Shown here piece after piece: positions 53,624 to 63,809 of a stretch of DNA of 64,000 nt. Under the pieces are notes generated by a model. It had not been told where the DNA came from. It made no database searches and worked only from the letters and a program-made list of their open reading frames with translations. This DNA is from an uncultured delta proteobacterium (lineage in GTDB: Bacteria; Myxococcota; Myxococcia; Myxococcales; Anaeromyxobacteraceae): contig CAWFDF010000012.1 of assembly GCA_963814585.1 (NCBI GenBank), positions 128,001-192,000 on the forward strand, in the 5' to 3' direction. The translations under genes were made by a program, and so were the position numbers. Position 1 is the stretch's first letter, and each line of letters opens with the position of its first letter.

Positions 53624-54922
53624 TCAGAACCGCTCGATCTGGAAGTCGTCGTCGCCACCGGCCGCGCCACCTCCGGAGCCCTCCGGTCCAGGCGGCTTGG
53701 CGGGCTGGACCCTCCCCAGCGCGATGCCGGGCTGGGCCGGCGGCCCGGCGGCGGGACGCGGCGGGGCGACGCGCGGGGCCGCCCGCGGGGCCGCGGCGGC
53801 CGGGAGGGGCTCGGACCTGGTCTCGAACCCGTCCCACTTCGAGTCGCTGGTGCCACTGACGCCGGAGACGCGCAGCGCGAAGTCGTCCGGGTTGGTGGCC
53901 TGCCGCAGCGCCTCCTCGTAGGTGATGAGGTTCGACTTGAGCAGGGACATCAGCGACTGGTCGAAGGTCTGCATCCCGTAGCTGACGTGCCCCTGGGCGA
54001 TGGCGTCCGGGATCTCCTTGGTCCGGTCCTTGTCCTCGATCATCTCGCGCACGCGGCTGGTGCAGAGCAGCACCTCGATGGCCGGCACCCGCCCCTTGCC
54101 GTCGGCGCGCGGCACCAGCCGCTGCGAGATGACGCCTCGAAGCACCGAGCCGAGCTGCAGCCGGACCTGCTTCTGCTGGTAGGGGGGAAAGACGGAGATG
54201 ATGCGGTTGATGGTCTCGGTGGCGTCGAGGGTGTGGAGCGTCGACATCACCAGGTGGCCGGTCTCGGCGGCGGTGAGCGCGGTCTCGATGGTCTCGAGGT
54301 CGCGCATCTCGCCCACCAGGATGACGTCGGGATCCTGGCGCAGGGCGCTCTTGAGGGCCTGCGCGAAGCTCATGGTGTCGACGCCGACCTCGCGCTGGTT
54401 CACGATCGACCGCTTGTCGCGGATGAGGAACTCGATGGGATCCTCGATGGTCATGATGTGGCAGGTCTCGGTGGCGTTGATGTGGTCGATCATCGCCGCC
54501 AGCGTGGTCGACTTGCCCGAGCCGGTGGTGCCGGTGACCAGCACCAGCCCGCGCTGCTCGCCGGCGATCTTCTCCAGCACCTTGGGCAGCATGAGCTGCT
54601 CGATCGACTGGATCTTGAAGGGGATGACGCGGAGCACGACGCCGATGGTGCCGCGCTGCTGGAAGACGTTGACGCGGAAGCGCCCCAGCCCGGGCACGCC
54701 GTAGGCCAGGTCCACCTCGTTGGTCTGCTTGTACTTCTCGCGCTGGTACTCGTTCATGATCCCGAGCGCCATCCGCTGGATCTCCTCGGGCGGCAGCCGG
54801 CGGGCGTCCTTGAGCGGCACCAGCCCGCCGTCCACCCGGAACATCGGGGGGAGCCCGGCCTTGAGGTGGATGTCGCTGGCGCCGGCGCGGAGGGCGACCT
54901 GCAGGATCTCGTTGAGTTCCAT
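53624..54922 (-). CDS. pilT: PilT/PilU-family type IV pilus retraction ATPase
   Basis: ASDIHL, GTTGSGKSTT, EDPIE, LRQDPDVILVGEMRD, GHLVMSTLHT, GMQTFDQ. The AIRNLIRE site reads RVREMIED, so this is probably a paralog. Confidence 0.9.
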   Translation of the reverse strand: MELNEILQVALRAGASDIHLKAGLPPMFRVDGGLVPLKDARRLPPEEIQRMALGIMNEYQREKYKQTNEVDLAYGVPGLGRFRVNVFQQRGTIGVVLRVIPFKIQSIEQLMLPKVLEKIAGEQRGLVLVTGTTGSGKSTTLAAMIDHINATETCHIMTIEDPIEFLIRDKRSIVNQREVGVDTMSFAQALKSALRQDPDVILVGEMRDLETIETALTAAETGHLVMSTLHTLDATETINRIISVFPPYQQKQVRLQLGSVLRGVISQRLVPRADGKGRVPAIEVLLCTSRVREMIEDKDRTKEIPDAIAQGHVSYGMQTFDQSLMSLLKSNLITYEEALRQATNPDDFALRVSGVSGTSDSKWDGFETRSEPLPAAAAPRAAPRVAPPRPAAGPPAQPGIALGRVQPAKPPGPEGSGGGAAGGDDDFQIERF

Positions 54923-55012
54923 CGCCCGGCGAGGGTAACACCCCGATCCGGGGCGGTCCAATGCGGTCGCGCGGCTCGGGCGAGAGGCGATACCGGCCTG
55001 CCCGTGACCCGA

Positions 55013-55050
55013 AAACGACGAACGGCCGGACACCCGTGGGGTGCCGGCCG
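55013..55050 (-). terminator. Intrinsic terminator of rplM-rpsI
   Basis: Hairpin cggccgg(a)caccc...gggtgccggccg followed on the minus strand by TTCGTCGTTTT. Confidence 0.65.
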
Positions 55051-55076
55051 CCGGGTGGAGCCGAGGTTCGAGGCGG

Positions 55077-55469
55077 CTAGCGCTTCGAGAACTGGAACCG
55101 CTTGCGGGCGCCGGGGCGGCCGTACTTCTTGCGCTCGACGGCGCGGGCGTCGCGGGTGAGGAAGCCCGCCTTCTTCAGGACCGGGCGGAACTCGGCGTTC
55201 AGCTCGACCAGGGCGCGGCTGATGCCGTGGCGGATGGCGCCAGCCTGGCCGGAGAGCCCGCCGCCGTTGGCGGTGACCAGGACGTCGACCTTGCCGAGCT
55301 GGTCCACGAGCTTGAGCGGCTCGATGAGGATCATCTTGGAGGTCTCGCGCCCGAAGTACTCGTCCATGGGCCGGCCGTTGATGGTGACGTTGCCGGTGCC
55401 GGGGACGAGGCGGACGCGCGCCACGGACTCCTTGCGGCGGCCGACGTTGATCTGGACCTGGGTGGCCAT
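55077..55469 (-). CDS. rpsI: 30S ribosomal protein S9
   Basis: [31 protein letters not shown]. Confidence 0.98.
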   Translation of the reverse strand: MATQVQINVGRRKESVARVRLVPGTGNVTINGRPMDEYFGRETSKMILIEPLKLVDQLGKVDVLVTANGGGLSGQAGAIRHGISRALVELNAEFRPVLKKAGFLTRDARAVERKKYGRPGARKRFQFSKR

Positions 55470-55477
55470 TCAGTTCC

Positions 55478-55924
55478 TCACTTCGAAAGGACGAGCGGCT
55501 GCGGCTTCTGCGCGGCGTGCGGGTGGGTGTCGCCCGCGTAGACCTTCAGCTTGGTCATCATCTGCCGGCCCAGCGCGCTGCGGGGCAGCATGCGCTTGAC
55601 GGCGTTGACCAGCGGGCCCGTGGGGTGCTTCTGCCGGAGCTTGTCCGGAGGCGTGAGCTTCTCGCCGCCCGGGTGCATGGTGTGCGTGAAGTACAGCTTG
55701 TCCGTCTCCTTCTTGCCGGTGAAGCGGACCTTGTCGGCGTTCACCACCACCACGAAGTCGCCGGTGTCGAGCGAGGGCGTGTAGAGGGGCTTGTGCTTGC
55801 CCTTGAGGATGGTGGCGATGCGGGTGGCGAGCCGGCCGACCGTCTGGTCGGCGCCGTCGACGACCCACCAGGCGCGGCCCTGGAGGGCCTCGTCGCGGGT
55901 GGCGCTGTGCGTGGTTCTGGACAT
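55478..55924 (-). CDS. rplM: 50S ribosomal protein L13
   Basis: WWVVDG, GRLAT, KGKHKP, DTGDFVVV, HPHAAQKP. Confidence 0.98.
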   Translation of the reverse strand: MSRTTHSATRDEALQGRAWWVVDGADQTVGRLATRIATILKGKHKPLYTPSLDTGDFVVVVNADKVRFTGKKETDKLYFTHTMHPGGEKLTPPDKLRQKHPTGPLVNAVKRMLPRSALGRQMMTKLKVYAGDTHPHAAQKPQPLVLSK

Positions 55925-55960
55925 GAAAAGACCTGCTTTTCCCGGGGATTTGGAAGGCGC

Positions 55961-55989
55961 GTTCTAGAGGAAGGACGAGCCCTTGTCAA
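55961..55989 (-). promoter_or_regulatory. Sigma-70 promoter of rplM-rpsI
   Basis: TTGACA-N17-TAGAAC on the minus strand, 36 bp upstream of the ATG. Confidence 0.65.
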
Positions 55990-56046
55990 GGGTCGTTGGC
56001 CCCGGCCCCTTGGCGGCAGCCCTTCGGGCTCGCTATGACAGCCCGG

Positions 56047-56295
56047 GTGAGCCTCCCCCGACCGCGCGCCCGGCCGATCGCGCCAGGCATCCTCACGGCC
56101 CCCCGGCGGTTGCCGCTGGCGATCGCCGAGTCGCGCTGCAACCGGTGCGGAGGCTGCTTCACGCTGGGCTGCCCGGCCATCTCCGACCCGGGCGGCGAGG
56201 CCCTGGTGATCGACGAGGCCTCCTGCACCGGCTGCGGCCTGTGCGCGCCGCTCTGCCGGGCGCGCGCCATCGGCCCGGCGCTGCGGGTGCTCTAG
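56047..56295 (+). CDS. Small 2x[4Fe-4S] ferredoxin-like protein
   Basis: CNRCGGCFTLGCPAI and CTGCGLCAPLC. Start uncertain. Confidence 0.72.
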   Translation: MSLPRPRARPIAPGILTAPRRLPLAIAESRCNRCGGCFTLGCPAISDPGGEALVIDEASCTGCGLCAPLCRARAIGPALRVL

Positions 56296-58313
56296 CGGCC
56301 GGCCGCCGCCAGCCTGGCCCGCAGCTCCGCCATCCCGCTCGAGGTGTGGACCGCCAGCTCCTCGGGCGTGGCGGCCATGGCGTCCGGGTCGATGACCTGG
56401 TGCGCCCCGGCGGGCAGGTCCCCGAGGAAGCGCGACGGGGTCCGCAGCAGCACCTTGCCCCGCTTCAGCCGCTGCGTGGCGCGGGTCAGGTAGAGCACCT
56501 CGCGGGCGCGGGTGATGCCCACGTAGGCCAGCCGCCGCTCCTCGTCGAGGTCGCGGGCCTCGCCCTGGATCCCGGCGCTGGGGAGCAGGTCCTCCTCGAC
56601 GCCGACCACGAAGACCACCGGGTACTCCAGCCCCTTGGCGGCGTGGAGCGTCATCAGCGAGATGCCCTGCTCCGCCGCCGGGTCCTCCTCCTCGCGGCTG
56701 TCGAGCGCCAGCCGTTGCAGCCAGGCGGCCAGCGAGCCGCGGGCGTTCCGCCCCTGGTACCACTCCAGCGAGCGCAGGATGCCGTCGATGCCGTCCACCT
56801 TGCGCTGCCCGGCGTCGAGCGAGGCCACCGAGCCGCGAGCCCAGGCGTAGAGGTCGAGCTCCTCGACCAGCCGGCGCGCCGCCGCCAGCAGGTCGCCGCC
56901 GCGGAAGGCGGCCCGGGTCCGGTCGACGAGGGCGACGAACCCGGCGATCCTCTCCGGGGCGCCCCGGGTCAGGCCGGCGACGCGGTCGGCCTGCCGGAAG
57001 GCCTCCAGCAGCGGCAGGGCGTGGGCCACGGCGTGGCCATGGACCTTCTCCACGCTGGCGTCGCCGATCCCGCGCGGCGGCACGTTGACGATGCGGGCCA
57101 GCGAGGTCTCGTCGTCGGGCGTGGCCACCACCTTGAGGTAGGCCAGCAGGTCGCGGACCTCGGAGCGGTCGAAGAAGGCGGAGCCGCCGTGGACCTGGTG
57201 CGGCATCTGGGTCTCGCGGAACGCCTCCTCCAGCGGCCGTGACTGGGCGTTGAGGCGGTAGAGCACGGCGAAGTCGCTCCACGGCCGCCCCTCGCCCCGA
57301 AGCCGGGAGATCTCCCCCGCCACGAAGCGGGCCTCCTCCTCCTCGCCCTGGCAGGCCACCACGCGGACCTGGTCGCCCGGGCCGGCGCTGGTCCAGAGCT
57401 TCTTGGGCTTGCGCGCCGCGTTCCTGGAGATGACCCCGTTGGCGCAGGCCAGGATGTGGCCGGTGGAGCGGTAGTTCTGCTCCAGCCGCACCTCCCGGGC
57501 CCCGGGGAAGTGATGCCCGAAGCGGAGGATGTTCTTCACCTCGGCGCCCCGCCAGCCGTAGATGGCCTGATCGTCGTCGCCCACGGCGCAGACGTTCCGG
57601 CGCTCCCCGGCCAGCAGCTTGAGCAGCTCCAGCTGGCAGGCGTTGGTGTCCTGGTACTCGTCCACCAGCAGGTGGCTGAAGCGGGCCTGGTACTCCTGGC
57701 GCAGCGCCGCGTCCCTCCTGAGCAGCTCGACGGGGCGGGCGATGAGATCGTCGAAGTCGACGGCCCGCTGGGCGCGGAGCGCCTGCTGGTAGCGCGGGAA
57801 GACCTCGGCGGCGATGAGATCGTAGTCGTCCCCCTGCCCTTCCGGCCTCGGGACGATCCGCTTCTTGAGGGCGTTCTTGGCCCTGGAGATCTGCCAGAGC
57901 ACCCGGCGCGGGTCGAAGGCCCGGTCGTCCACCTTCACCTCGCGCATGCAGCGCTTCACCAGCGCCTGCTGGTCGCCGGCGTCGGCGATGGCGAACCGCC
58001 TGGGCAGGCCGGCGGCCAGGTGCTCCTCGGAGAGCAGCCAGAGGCCGAAGGCGTGGAAGGTGGCGACCCGCACCTCGGTCCCGGCGTGGCCGGCCAGGTG
58101 GGCCACCCGCTCCCGCATCTCGGCGGCGGCCTTGTTGGTGAAGGTGACGGCGAGGATGGCGCGCGGATCGAGCCCCTGCTGGATGAGCCAGGCGACGCGG
58201 TGGGCGATGACGCGGGTCTTGCCCGAGCCGGCGCCGGCCAGCACCAGCAGCGGCCCCTCGGTGGTCTTCACCGCGTCGAGCTGGGGCGGGTTGAGGGTGG
58301 AGAGGTCGAGCAT
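56292..58313 (-). CDS. SF1 DNA helicase (UvrD/Rep/PcrA family)
   Basis: AGAGSGKT, TFTNKAA, VDEYQD, GDDDQAIY, QNYRS, TLHAAKGLE, EERRLAYVGITRA. Confidence 0.96.
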   Translation of the reverse strand: MLDLSTLNPPQLDAVKTTEGPLLVLAGAGSGKTRVIAHRVAWLIQQGLDPRAILAVTFTNKAAAEMRERVAHLAGHAGTEVRVATFHAFGLWLLSEEHLAAGLPRRFAIADAGDQQALVKRCMREVKVDDRAFDPRRVLWQISRAKNALKKRIVPRPEGQGDDYDLIAAEVFPRYQQALRAQRAVDFDDLIARPVELLRRDAALRQEYQARFSHLLVDEYQDTNACQLELLKLLAGERRNVCAVGDDDQAIYGWRGAEVKNILRFGHHFPGAREVRLEQNYRSTGHILACANGVISRNAARKPKKLWTSAGPGDQVRVVACQGEEEEARFVAGEISRLRGEGRPWSDFAVLYRLNAQSRPLEEAFRETQMPHQVHGGSAFFDRSEVRDLLAYLKVVATPDDETSLARIVNVPPRGIGDASVEKVHGHAVAHALPLLEAFRQADRVAGLTRGAPERIAGFVALVDRTRAAFRGGDLLAAARRLVEELDLYAWARGSVASLDAGQRKVDGIDGILRSLEWYQGRNARGSLAAWLQRLALDSREEEDPAAEQGISLMTLHAAKGLEYPVVFVVGVEEDLLPSAGIQGEARDLDEERRLAYVGITRAREVLYLTRATQRLKRGKVLLRTPSRFLGDLPAGAHQVIDPDAMAATPEELAVHTSSGMAELRARLAAAGR

Positions 58314-58391
58314 CGAGGGGCGTGACGGCGGGCGTGAGGCGGTTCTCACACGCCGGGCCGGGGCGAACAAGCCTTGACAGGCCGGAGCGGG

Positions 58392-59288
58392 TCAGGGGAC
58401 GCGCTCGAGCGCCGACAGCGCCGCCACCAGGTCGGCGGGGAGCGGCGCCTGCACGTCGACCCGGCCGCCGGCCGGCGATGGGAAGGCCAGCCGGGCGGCG
58501 TGGAGCGCCTGGCGCTGGATCAGCTCCGAGGCCAGGCCGTAGACCAGGTCGCCGAGCACCGGGTGGCCGGCCTCGGCCAGCTGGACCCGGATCTGGTGGG
58601 TCCGGCCGGTGTCGAGCGTCACGCGGAGCAGGGCCGCGTCCCGAAGCCGCCGCTCCACGCGCCAGGAGAGGCGCGCTCGCCGCGCCGAGCGGACCAGGGT
58701 GGTGAAGCGCCGGGCGTCGCGGGGGTCGCGGCCATAGGGCGTGTCGAGCGCCTGCTGGTCGGGTGGCGCCCCGGCCACCAGCGCCAGGTACTCCTTCTCC
58801 ACCTGCCCCTCCTCGAAGGCCCGCCGCAGCGCCTGCAGCGCCAGGTCGTTGCGGGCCAGCATCAGGCACCCGCTGGTCTGGGCGTCGAGCCGGTGGGGCA
58901 GGCCGGGGAGGTTGCGGCCCGCCACGTCGAACCCGCCCAGCCGGCTCAGCGCCGAGACCACCGACGGCCCGCCCGGCTTGACCGGCTCCACCGGCAGCCC
59001 CGCCACCTTGTCCACCACCAGGCAGGCCGCGTCGTCGTGGAGGATGGTCAGGTCGGGGCCGGCGGCATCGCCCGGCCGGATGGTCCGGGGAGGCGGCAGC
59101 GCCACCTCCACCTCCTCGCCGCCGAAGAGCTTGCGGACCGGGGAGCAGGTCTTCCCCCGGATCCGGACCCGCCCCTGGTCGATGAGCCAGCGGGCGCGCT
59201 CGACCTGCAGCCCGAGCCTCGTCGCCAGCCAGCGGTCGAGCCGGGCGCCGGCGTCGGAGTACGGGACCAGGAGCGGGGCGTCGGCCAC
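58392..59288 (-). CDS. RluA/RluD-family pseudouridine synthase with S4 domain
   Basis: RLDRWL, HRLDAQTSG, TGRTHQIRV, ALHA. Confidence 0.93.
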   Translation of the reverse strand: MADAPLLVPYSDAGARLDRWLATRLGLQVERARWLIDQGRVRIRGKTCSPVRKLFGGEEVEVALPPPRTIRPGDAAGPDLTILHDDAACLVVDKVAGLPVEPVKPGGPSVVSALSRLGGFDVAGRNLPGLPHRLDAQTSGCLMLARNDLALQALRRAFEEGQVEKEYLALVAGAPPDQQALDTPYGRDPRDARRFTTLVRSARRARLSWRVERRLRDAALLRVTLDTGRTHQIRVQLAEAGHPVLGDLVYGLASELIQRQALHAARLAFPSPAGGRVDVQAPLPADLVAALSALERVP

Positions 59289-59385
59289 GGCCCGGCTCTA
59301 CCACGCCGCCGGACAAAGCGAAGCGCCCCGGTCCCTGGATGGGACGCGGGGCGCCGCGAGGCCGCCGGTGGTGGGCGCGGTCGCG

Positions 59386-59721
59386 CTACGGCTCATGTCC
59401 GGCCGGCGTCGGGTGCTCGGCGTCGACGTGGTCCTCGCGGGACCGGGTCAGGGCGGCCACGGCCGCGCCGGCCACGGCGCCGACCGTCGCGAAGAGGGAG
59501 GCCACCGCCGCCACGCCGATCACCATGCCGCCGACGATGAAGGCCCGGACCGCGAAGGAGGCATCCACCGGGGTCCCGAAGATGCCGCCGGCCAGCAGCA
59601 CCCCGGCGTAGCCGCCGTAGAGGATGGAGGGGAGCAGGCCGACGGCCAGGAAGATGGCGAGGCCGATGCCGGCGCCGACGAGGGTGAAGGTCTTGCTGGT
59701 ATTCTTCCGGGTGGTGGTCAT
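59386..59721 (-). CDS. Small hydrophobic membrane protein of unknown function
   Basis: 111 aa, Gly/Ala-rich TM segments, GLLPSILYGGYAG. GGAGG RBS. Confidence 0.75.
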   Translation of the reverse strand: MTTTRKNTSKTFTLVGAGIGLAIFLAVGLLPSILYGGYAGVLLAGGIFGTPVDASFAVRAFIVGGMVIGVAAVASLFATVGAVAGAAVAALTRSREDHVDAEHPTPAGHEP

Positions 59722-59771
59722 GGCGTCCTCCGCGATGGTGGGCCCGTTCATCGGCGCCCGAGCCTGGATAC

Positions 59772-59787
59772 TGCACCTGCCTTGCCA
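59772..59787 (-). promoter_or_regulatory. Putative sigma-54 promoter
   Basis: TGGCAAGGCAGGTGCA (GG-N10-GC), 50 bp upstream of ATG 59721. Confidence 0.55.
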
Positions 59788-60009
59788 GCAGCCGGCGCAC
59801 CGGATCTCGGGAGCTTGGCGACCGGACTGTCGGGGATTCCCGACGGGGCCCCAGGTGGGGGCCGACGTCCTGGTCACGGATCCAGCCCCGGATGGAGCCC
59901 AGCCGGAACCCCGGCCGGCGTCCTGGAGGCCGCCGGGGGGACACGCTGCCGGTCGAGACGGCGCCTTGCGCCTGCGGCCCCGGGGAGCCACGGGCCCGGC
60001 TCGCGGCCG

Positions 60010-61038
60010 TCAGCGGACGGCGGGCTCGCTTCCCGCCTTCCGCGCGTCCATCTTCTTCCTCAGCTCGAGGCAGGGGTCCTCCCGCTCGGCGGCCGGCGTG
60101 AAGATGACGAAGTCGAAGGGGAGCGCCGCCCCGTACTCGGCGGCGTAGTCGTCGGGATGCTGCAACCCGGCCTTGACCTCGAGGTGGCCCACCGCCACCA
60201 CCGACGTGCCCGGCAGCTCGCGGGCCAGCCAGGCGGGCACCCCCCGGTCGTGGCGGGCGTGGCCGTCGCCGGCCACCAGCAGCGCGCCCCGCTCGCGCCC
60301 CGCCGTGGCGGTCCGCACCGCCAGCTGGGCGTCGCGGGCCCGCTGCGCCTGGACCAGCGGCTTGACCAGCGCCTCCGGCAGCTCCCCGCAGTGGTTCTCG
60401 GCCATCTCCCGCTTCAGCTGCTCCAGCTCGGCCGCGGTCGGCTCCGGGGACCGGGCCAGCCAGTCGCGGGCGTCCTCCGGCAGCGCCTCCGCCCCTTTCT
60501 TCATCACCTCCCGGGCGGCGGATCGGGAGAGGTTGGCGGCCACCAGCGGCAGCCGGGCGTCCAGGCCGGCCTCGAAGATGGGCCGGTAGAGCGCGAACGC
60601 TGGCCACCCGCTCTTCGACCACTCGACCGCCTCGGCCACGGTGTCGGCGGTGGCCCCCGGCGCGGACACGGCCGCGTCGAGCTTCTCCTGCATCGGGGTG
60701 GTGAGCATCTCGAAGGCGAGCGCCGGCGACCGCCCCGCCGCAGTCACGGCCCGGACCTCCCGGGCCTGCAGCCGGTGGTGGTCGGGGTTGTCGTGGACCT
60801 CGCCGAGCACGGCCAGGTCGGCGCGCGCCAGCGCGGCGTCGAGCGTGGCCTGGTCGACCCAGCGCCGCCCCTTCACGTCGAGGATGCGCCCGACCAGCGG
60901 GTGCTCGCGCAGCAGCGGTGACGACCAGTCGGGCCCGTAAGGTCGCGGGTCGATGGCGCGGGGCGTGAGCGGCCGGGGGGCGCAGCCGGCGGCGAGGCCG
61001 CCCGCCACCAGGAGCAGGGCGAGGCGCGATGGGGACAT
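60010..61038 (-). CDS. ChaN-family (haem-uptake-associated) lipoprotein
   Basis: Lipobox LAAGC, LGEVHDNPDHH, LAFEML, WPAFALYRPIF, AQRARD, AGDGH. Confidence 0.82.
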   Translation of the reverse strand: MSPSRLALLLVAGGLAAGCAPRPLTPRAIDPRPYGPDWSSPLLREHPLVGRILDVKGRRWVDQATLDAALARADLAVLGEVHDNPDHHRLQAREVRAVTAAGRSPALAFEMLTTPMQEKLDAAVSAPGATADTVAEAVEWSKSGWPAFALYRPIFEAGLDARLPLVAANLSRSAAREVMKKGAEALPEDARDWLARSPEPTAAELEQLKREMAENHCGELPEALVKPLVQAQRARDAQLAVRTATAGRERGALLVAGDGHARHDRGVPAWLARELPGTSVVAVGHLEVKAGLQHPDDYAAEYGAALPFDFVIFTPAAEREDPCLELRKKMDARKAGSEPAVR

Positions 61039-61079
61039 GGCCGGCGATGGTAGCCGGTCTGGAGGCGTGACGGTGCGGG

Positions 61080-63809
61080 CTACTTCGCCGTCACCGGCCT
61101 GCCCTCCCCGTCGATCAGCCTGGGCGCGCCGAGGCCGAGCGCCTGGAGTCCCGCCTCCACCTTGGCGCGGTCGCCCACCACCACCCAGACGATGCGGGCC
61201 GGGTCGACGATCTGCGCCGCGTCGGTCGCCGTCGCGACGTCGACGGCCCGCACCCTGGCGGGGTAGGCGTCCCAGTACCGGTCGTCGAGGCCGAAGCGGA
61301 GGATCTCGGCGGTGGACCGCCCCACCGCCCGGGCCGTCTCCCACTCCCCGGGGAGCGCCAGGGTCAGCGAGGCCTGCGCCGCCGACAGCTCGGCCGCGGT
61401 GATGGGCCGCTCGCCGCGGATCCCCTTCGCCTCCTTGACGAACTCGGCGAGCGCCTCGCTGGTCTTGTCGGTCTGGACCGGCGCGTAGCCGAGGTAGGGG
61501 CGCGGGCCGCGGGCCGCCACCAGGAAGGTCCCGGCGCCGTAGGTCCAGTGCTTCTCCTCGCGCAGGTTCATGTTGACGCGAGAGGAGAACTGGCCGCCGA
61601 AGATGGTGTTCATCACCTCCTGCTCGACCGCCCTGGGGTTGTTGCGCGGCGGGGCCACCGTGCCCATGAGGACGATCGACTGCTCCGACCCGGGCCGGTC
61701 GACCAGGTAGACGCCGGGGGCGGCCGGCGTCCCGGCGCCGACGGTCTTCTTCGGCACCTCGCCCCGCTTCCAGCCGGCGAAGGCCCGCTCCAGCTTCGGC
61801 CTCACCTCGGCGAGCGTGGTGTCGCCCACCACCAGCAGGGTGGCGGCGTTGGGCTTGAACCAGGTGCGCCACCACCGGACCGCGTCGTCCCGGGTCAGGC
61901 CTTTCACCGCCGCCGCGGTGCCGGAGCCGGTGAGCGGGTTCCCGTACGGGTGCCCGCCGCCGAAGATCAGGCCGGGCAGGAGCCGGAAGGCCACGCCGAT
62001 GGGCTGGGCCTGCTCCTGCTCGATGGCCGCCAGCTGCTGCCGCTGCAGCCGCTCGAAGTCGGCCCTGGGGAAGCTCGGGTTGAGCACCACGTCGGCGTAG
62101 ACGGCCAGGGCGCCGTCGAAGTTGGCCTTGAGTGCGTCGAGCGAGACCTGGCTCTGGTCGAGGTTGGAGCCGGTGGTGAGGGTGGCGCCGAGGCGCTGCA
62201 GCTCGTCGCTGATCTGGAGCGAGCTGCGCGTGGCGGTCCCCTCGTCGAGCATGGCCGAGGCCAGCTTGGCGGTGCCGGGCGCGCCGCCGGCGTCGGAGGC
62301 GTAGCCGGCGTCCACCAGCAGGTCGAGGTTGACCACCGGGATGGCGTGGCGCTCCACCACCACCAGCTGCAGGCCGTTCGAGAGCGTGGCGCGCTGGATG
62401 GCCGGGAACTTCGGATCGGCCTGGGGCCCGGGCACCGGCAGCGCGCTGCGGTCGACGTCGGGGGCGAAGGCTGCCAGCCCGTCACCGAACGGCCGGACCG
62501 TCAGGACCGCGACGCCGTCGGTGAGCCAGCGGCGGCTGGCGGCCTGGACCAGCGCCGGCGTGGCGGCCTTCACCCAGCCGGTGGCCTTCCGGTAGCTGGC
62601 CGGATCGCCGCCGTAGACCTGTCCCTGCGCCAGCACGTCCGACTTGCCGCCGAAGCCGCCGATCCGCTCGACGCCGCGGATGAAGGCCGCCAGCCGGGCG
62701 GTGCGGGCCCTGGCCAGCTCGTCTTCGGTCGGCCCCTTCGCCACCAGGCGCGCCAGCTCCTCCTTGATGGCCTTCTCGACCGCGGCCGGATCGCCGCCGG
62801 GCCGGACGGTGGCGGTCACGTAGAAGTTGGAGCCGAGCTCGGCGGTCGTCTGGGTGGCCGAGACGTCGGTGGCCAGCTGCTCGTCGTAGACCAGCCGCTT
62901 GTAGAGGCGCGAGGTCTTGCCGGAGGAGAGGATCTGCCCGGCGAGGCCGAGCAGCGCGTCGTCCTGGTCACCCCACGGCGCGGTGTTCCAGGCCAGGTAG
63001 ACCCGGGCCTGCGGCACGCGATCCTGCAGCTCCAGCCGCTGCTCTCCGCTGCGCTTGGCGACCCAGGCCACCGGCCGATCGACGGGCGGCCCGGGCGGGA
63101 TGTGGCCGAAGTACTTCTCGACGCGCGCCTTGACGTCCTCCGGCTTCACGTCGCCGGCCACCACCAGGGTGGCGTTGGACGGTCCGTAGTAGGTCTTGAA
63201 CCACTCCTTGACGTCCTCGAGCGAGGCGGCGTTCAGGTCGGCCATCGAGCCGATGACGGTCCAGGAGTAGGGGTGGCCCTTCGGGTAGAGGACCGGCTGC
63301 AGCGCCTCGTCCACCTTGCCGTAGGGCTCGTTCTCGTACTGCCGCTTCTCGTTCTGGACCACGCCCCGCTGCAGGTCGAGCTTCTTCTGGTCGATGGCGC
63401 CGAGCAGGTGGCCCATCCGATCCGACTCGATGAAGAGGGCGGTGTCGAGCGCCGAGACCGGGACGTTCTCGAAGTAGTTGGTCCGGTCCTGGTCGGTGGT
63501 GCCGTTGAGGTCCGAGGCGCCCAGGGCCTCGAAGGTCTTGATGACGTCCCCCTTCAGGTGCTCCGAGGGCTGGAACATCAGGTGCTCGAAGAGGTGGGCG
63601 AACCCGGTCCGGCCCGGCTTCTCGTTCTTGGAGCCGACGTGGTACCAGACGTTGACGGCGACGACCGGGGCCTTGTGGTCCTCGTGGATCACCAGCGTCA
63701 GCCCGTTCTTGAGGACGTGGCGGGTGAAGGGGATCTCGGGGACCTCCTGGGCGCTGGCGGCCGGGACGGCCAGGGCCAGGGTGAGGGCCAGCGCGGTGCG
63801 GACGATCAT
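61080..63809 (-). CDS. M16 (pitrilysin-family) zinc peptidase, exported
   Basis: Signal peptide, WYHVGSKNE, HLFEH (HxxEH), duplicated M16 halves. Confidence 0.93.
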   Translation of the reverse strand: MIVRTALALTLALAVPAASAQEVPEIPFTRHVLKNGLTLVIHEDHKAPVVAVNVWYHVGSKNEKPGRTGFAHLFEHLMFQPSEHLKGDVIKTFEALGASDLNGTTDQDRTNYFENVPVSALDTALFIESDRMGHLLGAIDQKKLDLQRGVVQNEKRQYENEPYGKVDEALQPVLYPKGHPYSWTVIGSMADLNAASLEDVKEWFKTYYGPSNATLVVAGDVKPEDVKARVEKYFGHIPPGPPVDRPVAWVAKRSGEQRLELQDRVPQARVYLAWNTAPWGDQDDALLGLAGQILSSGKTSRLYKRLVYDEQLATDVSATQTTAELGSNFYVTATVRPGGDPAAVEKAIKEELARLVAKGPTEDELARARTARLAAFIRGVERIGGFGGKSDVLAQGQVYGGDPASYRKATGWVKAATPALVQAASRRWLTDGVAVLTVRPFGDGLAAFAPDVDRSALPVPGPQADPKFPAIQRATLSNGLQLVVVERHAIPVVNLDLLVDAGYASDAGGAPGTAKLASAMLDEGTATRSSLQISDELQRLGATLTTGSNLDQSQVSLDALKANFDGALAVYADVVLNPSFPRADFERLQRQQLAAIEQEQAQPIGVAFRLLPGLIFGGGHPYGNPLTGSGTAAAVKGLTRDDAVRWWRTWFKPNAATLLVVGDTTLAEVRPKLERAFAGWKRGEVPKKTVGAGTPAAPGVYLVDRPGSEQSIVLMGTVAPPRNNPRAVEQEVMNTIFGGQFSSRVNMNLREEKHWTYGAGTFLVAARGPRPYLGYAPVQTDKTSEALAEFVKEAKGIRGERPITAAELSAAQASLTLALPGEWETARAVGRSTAEILRFGLDDRYWDAYPARVRAVDVATATDAAQIVDPARIVWVVVGDRAKVEAGLQALGLGAPRLIDGEGRPVTAK

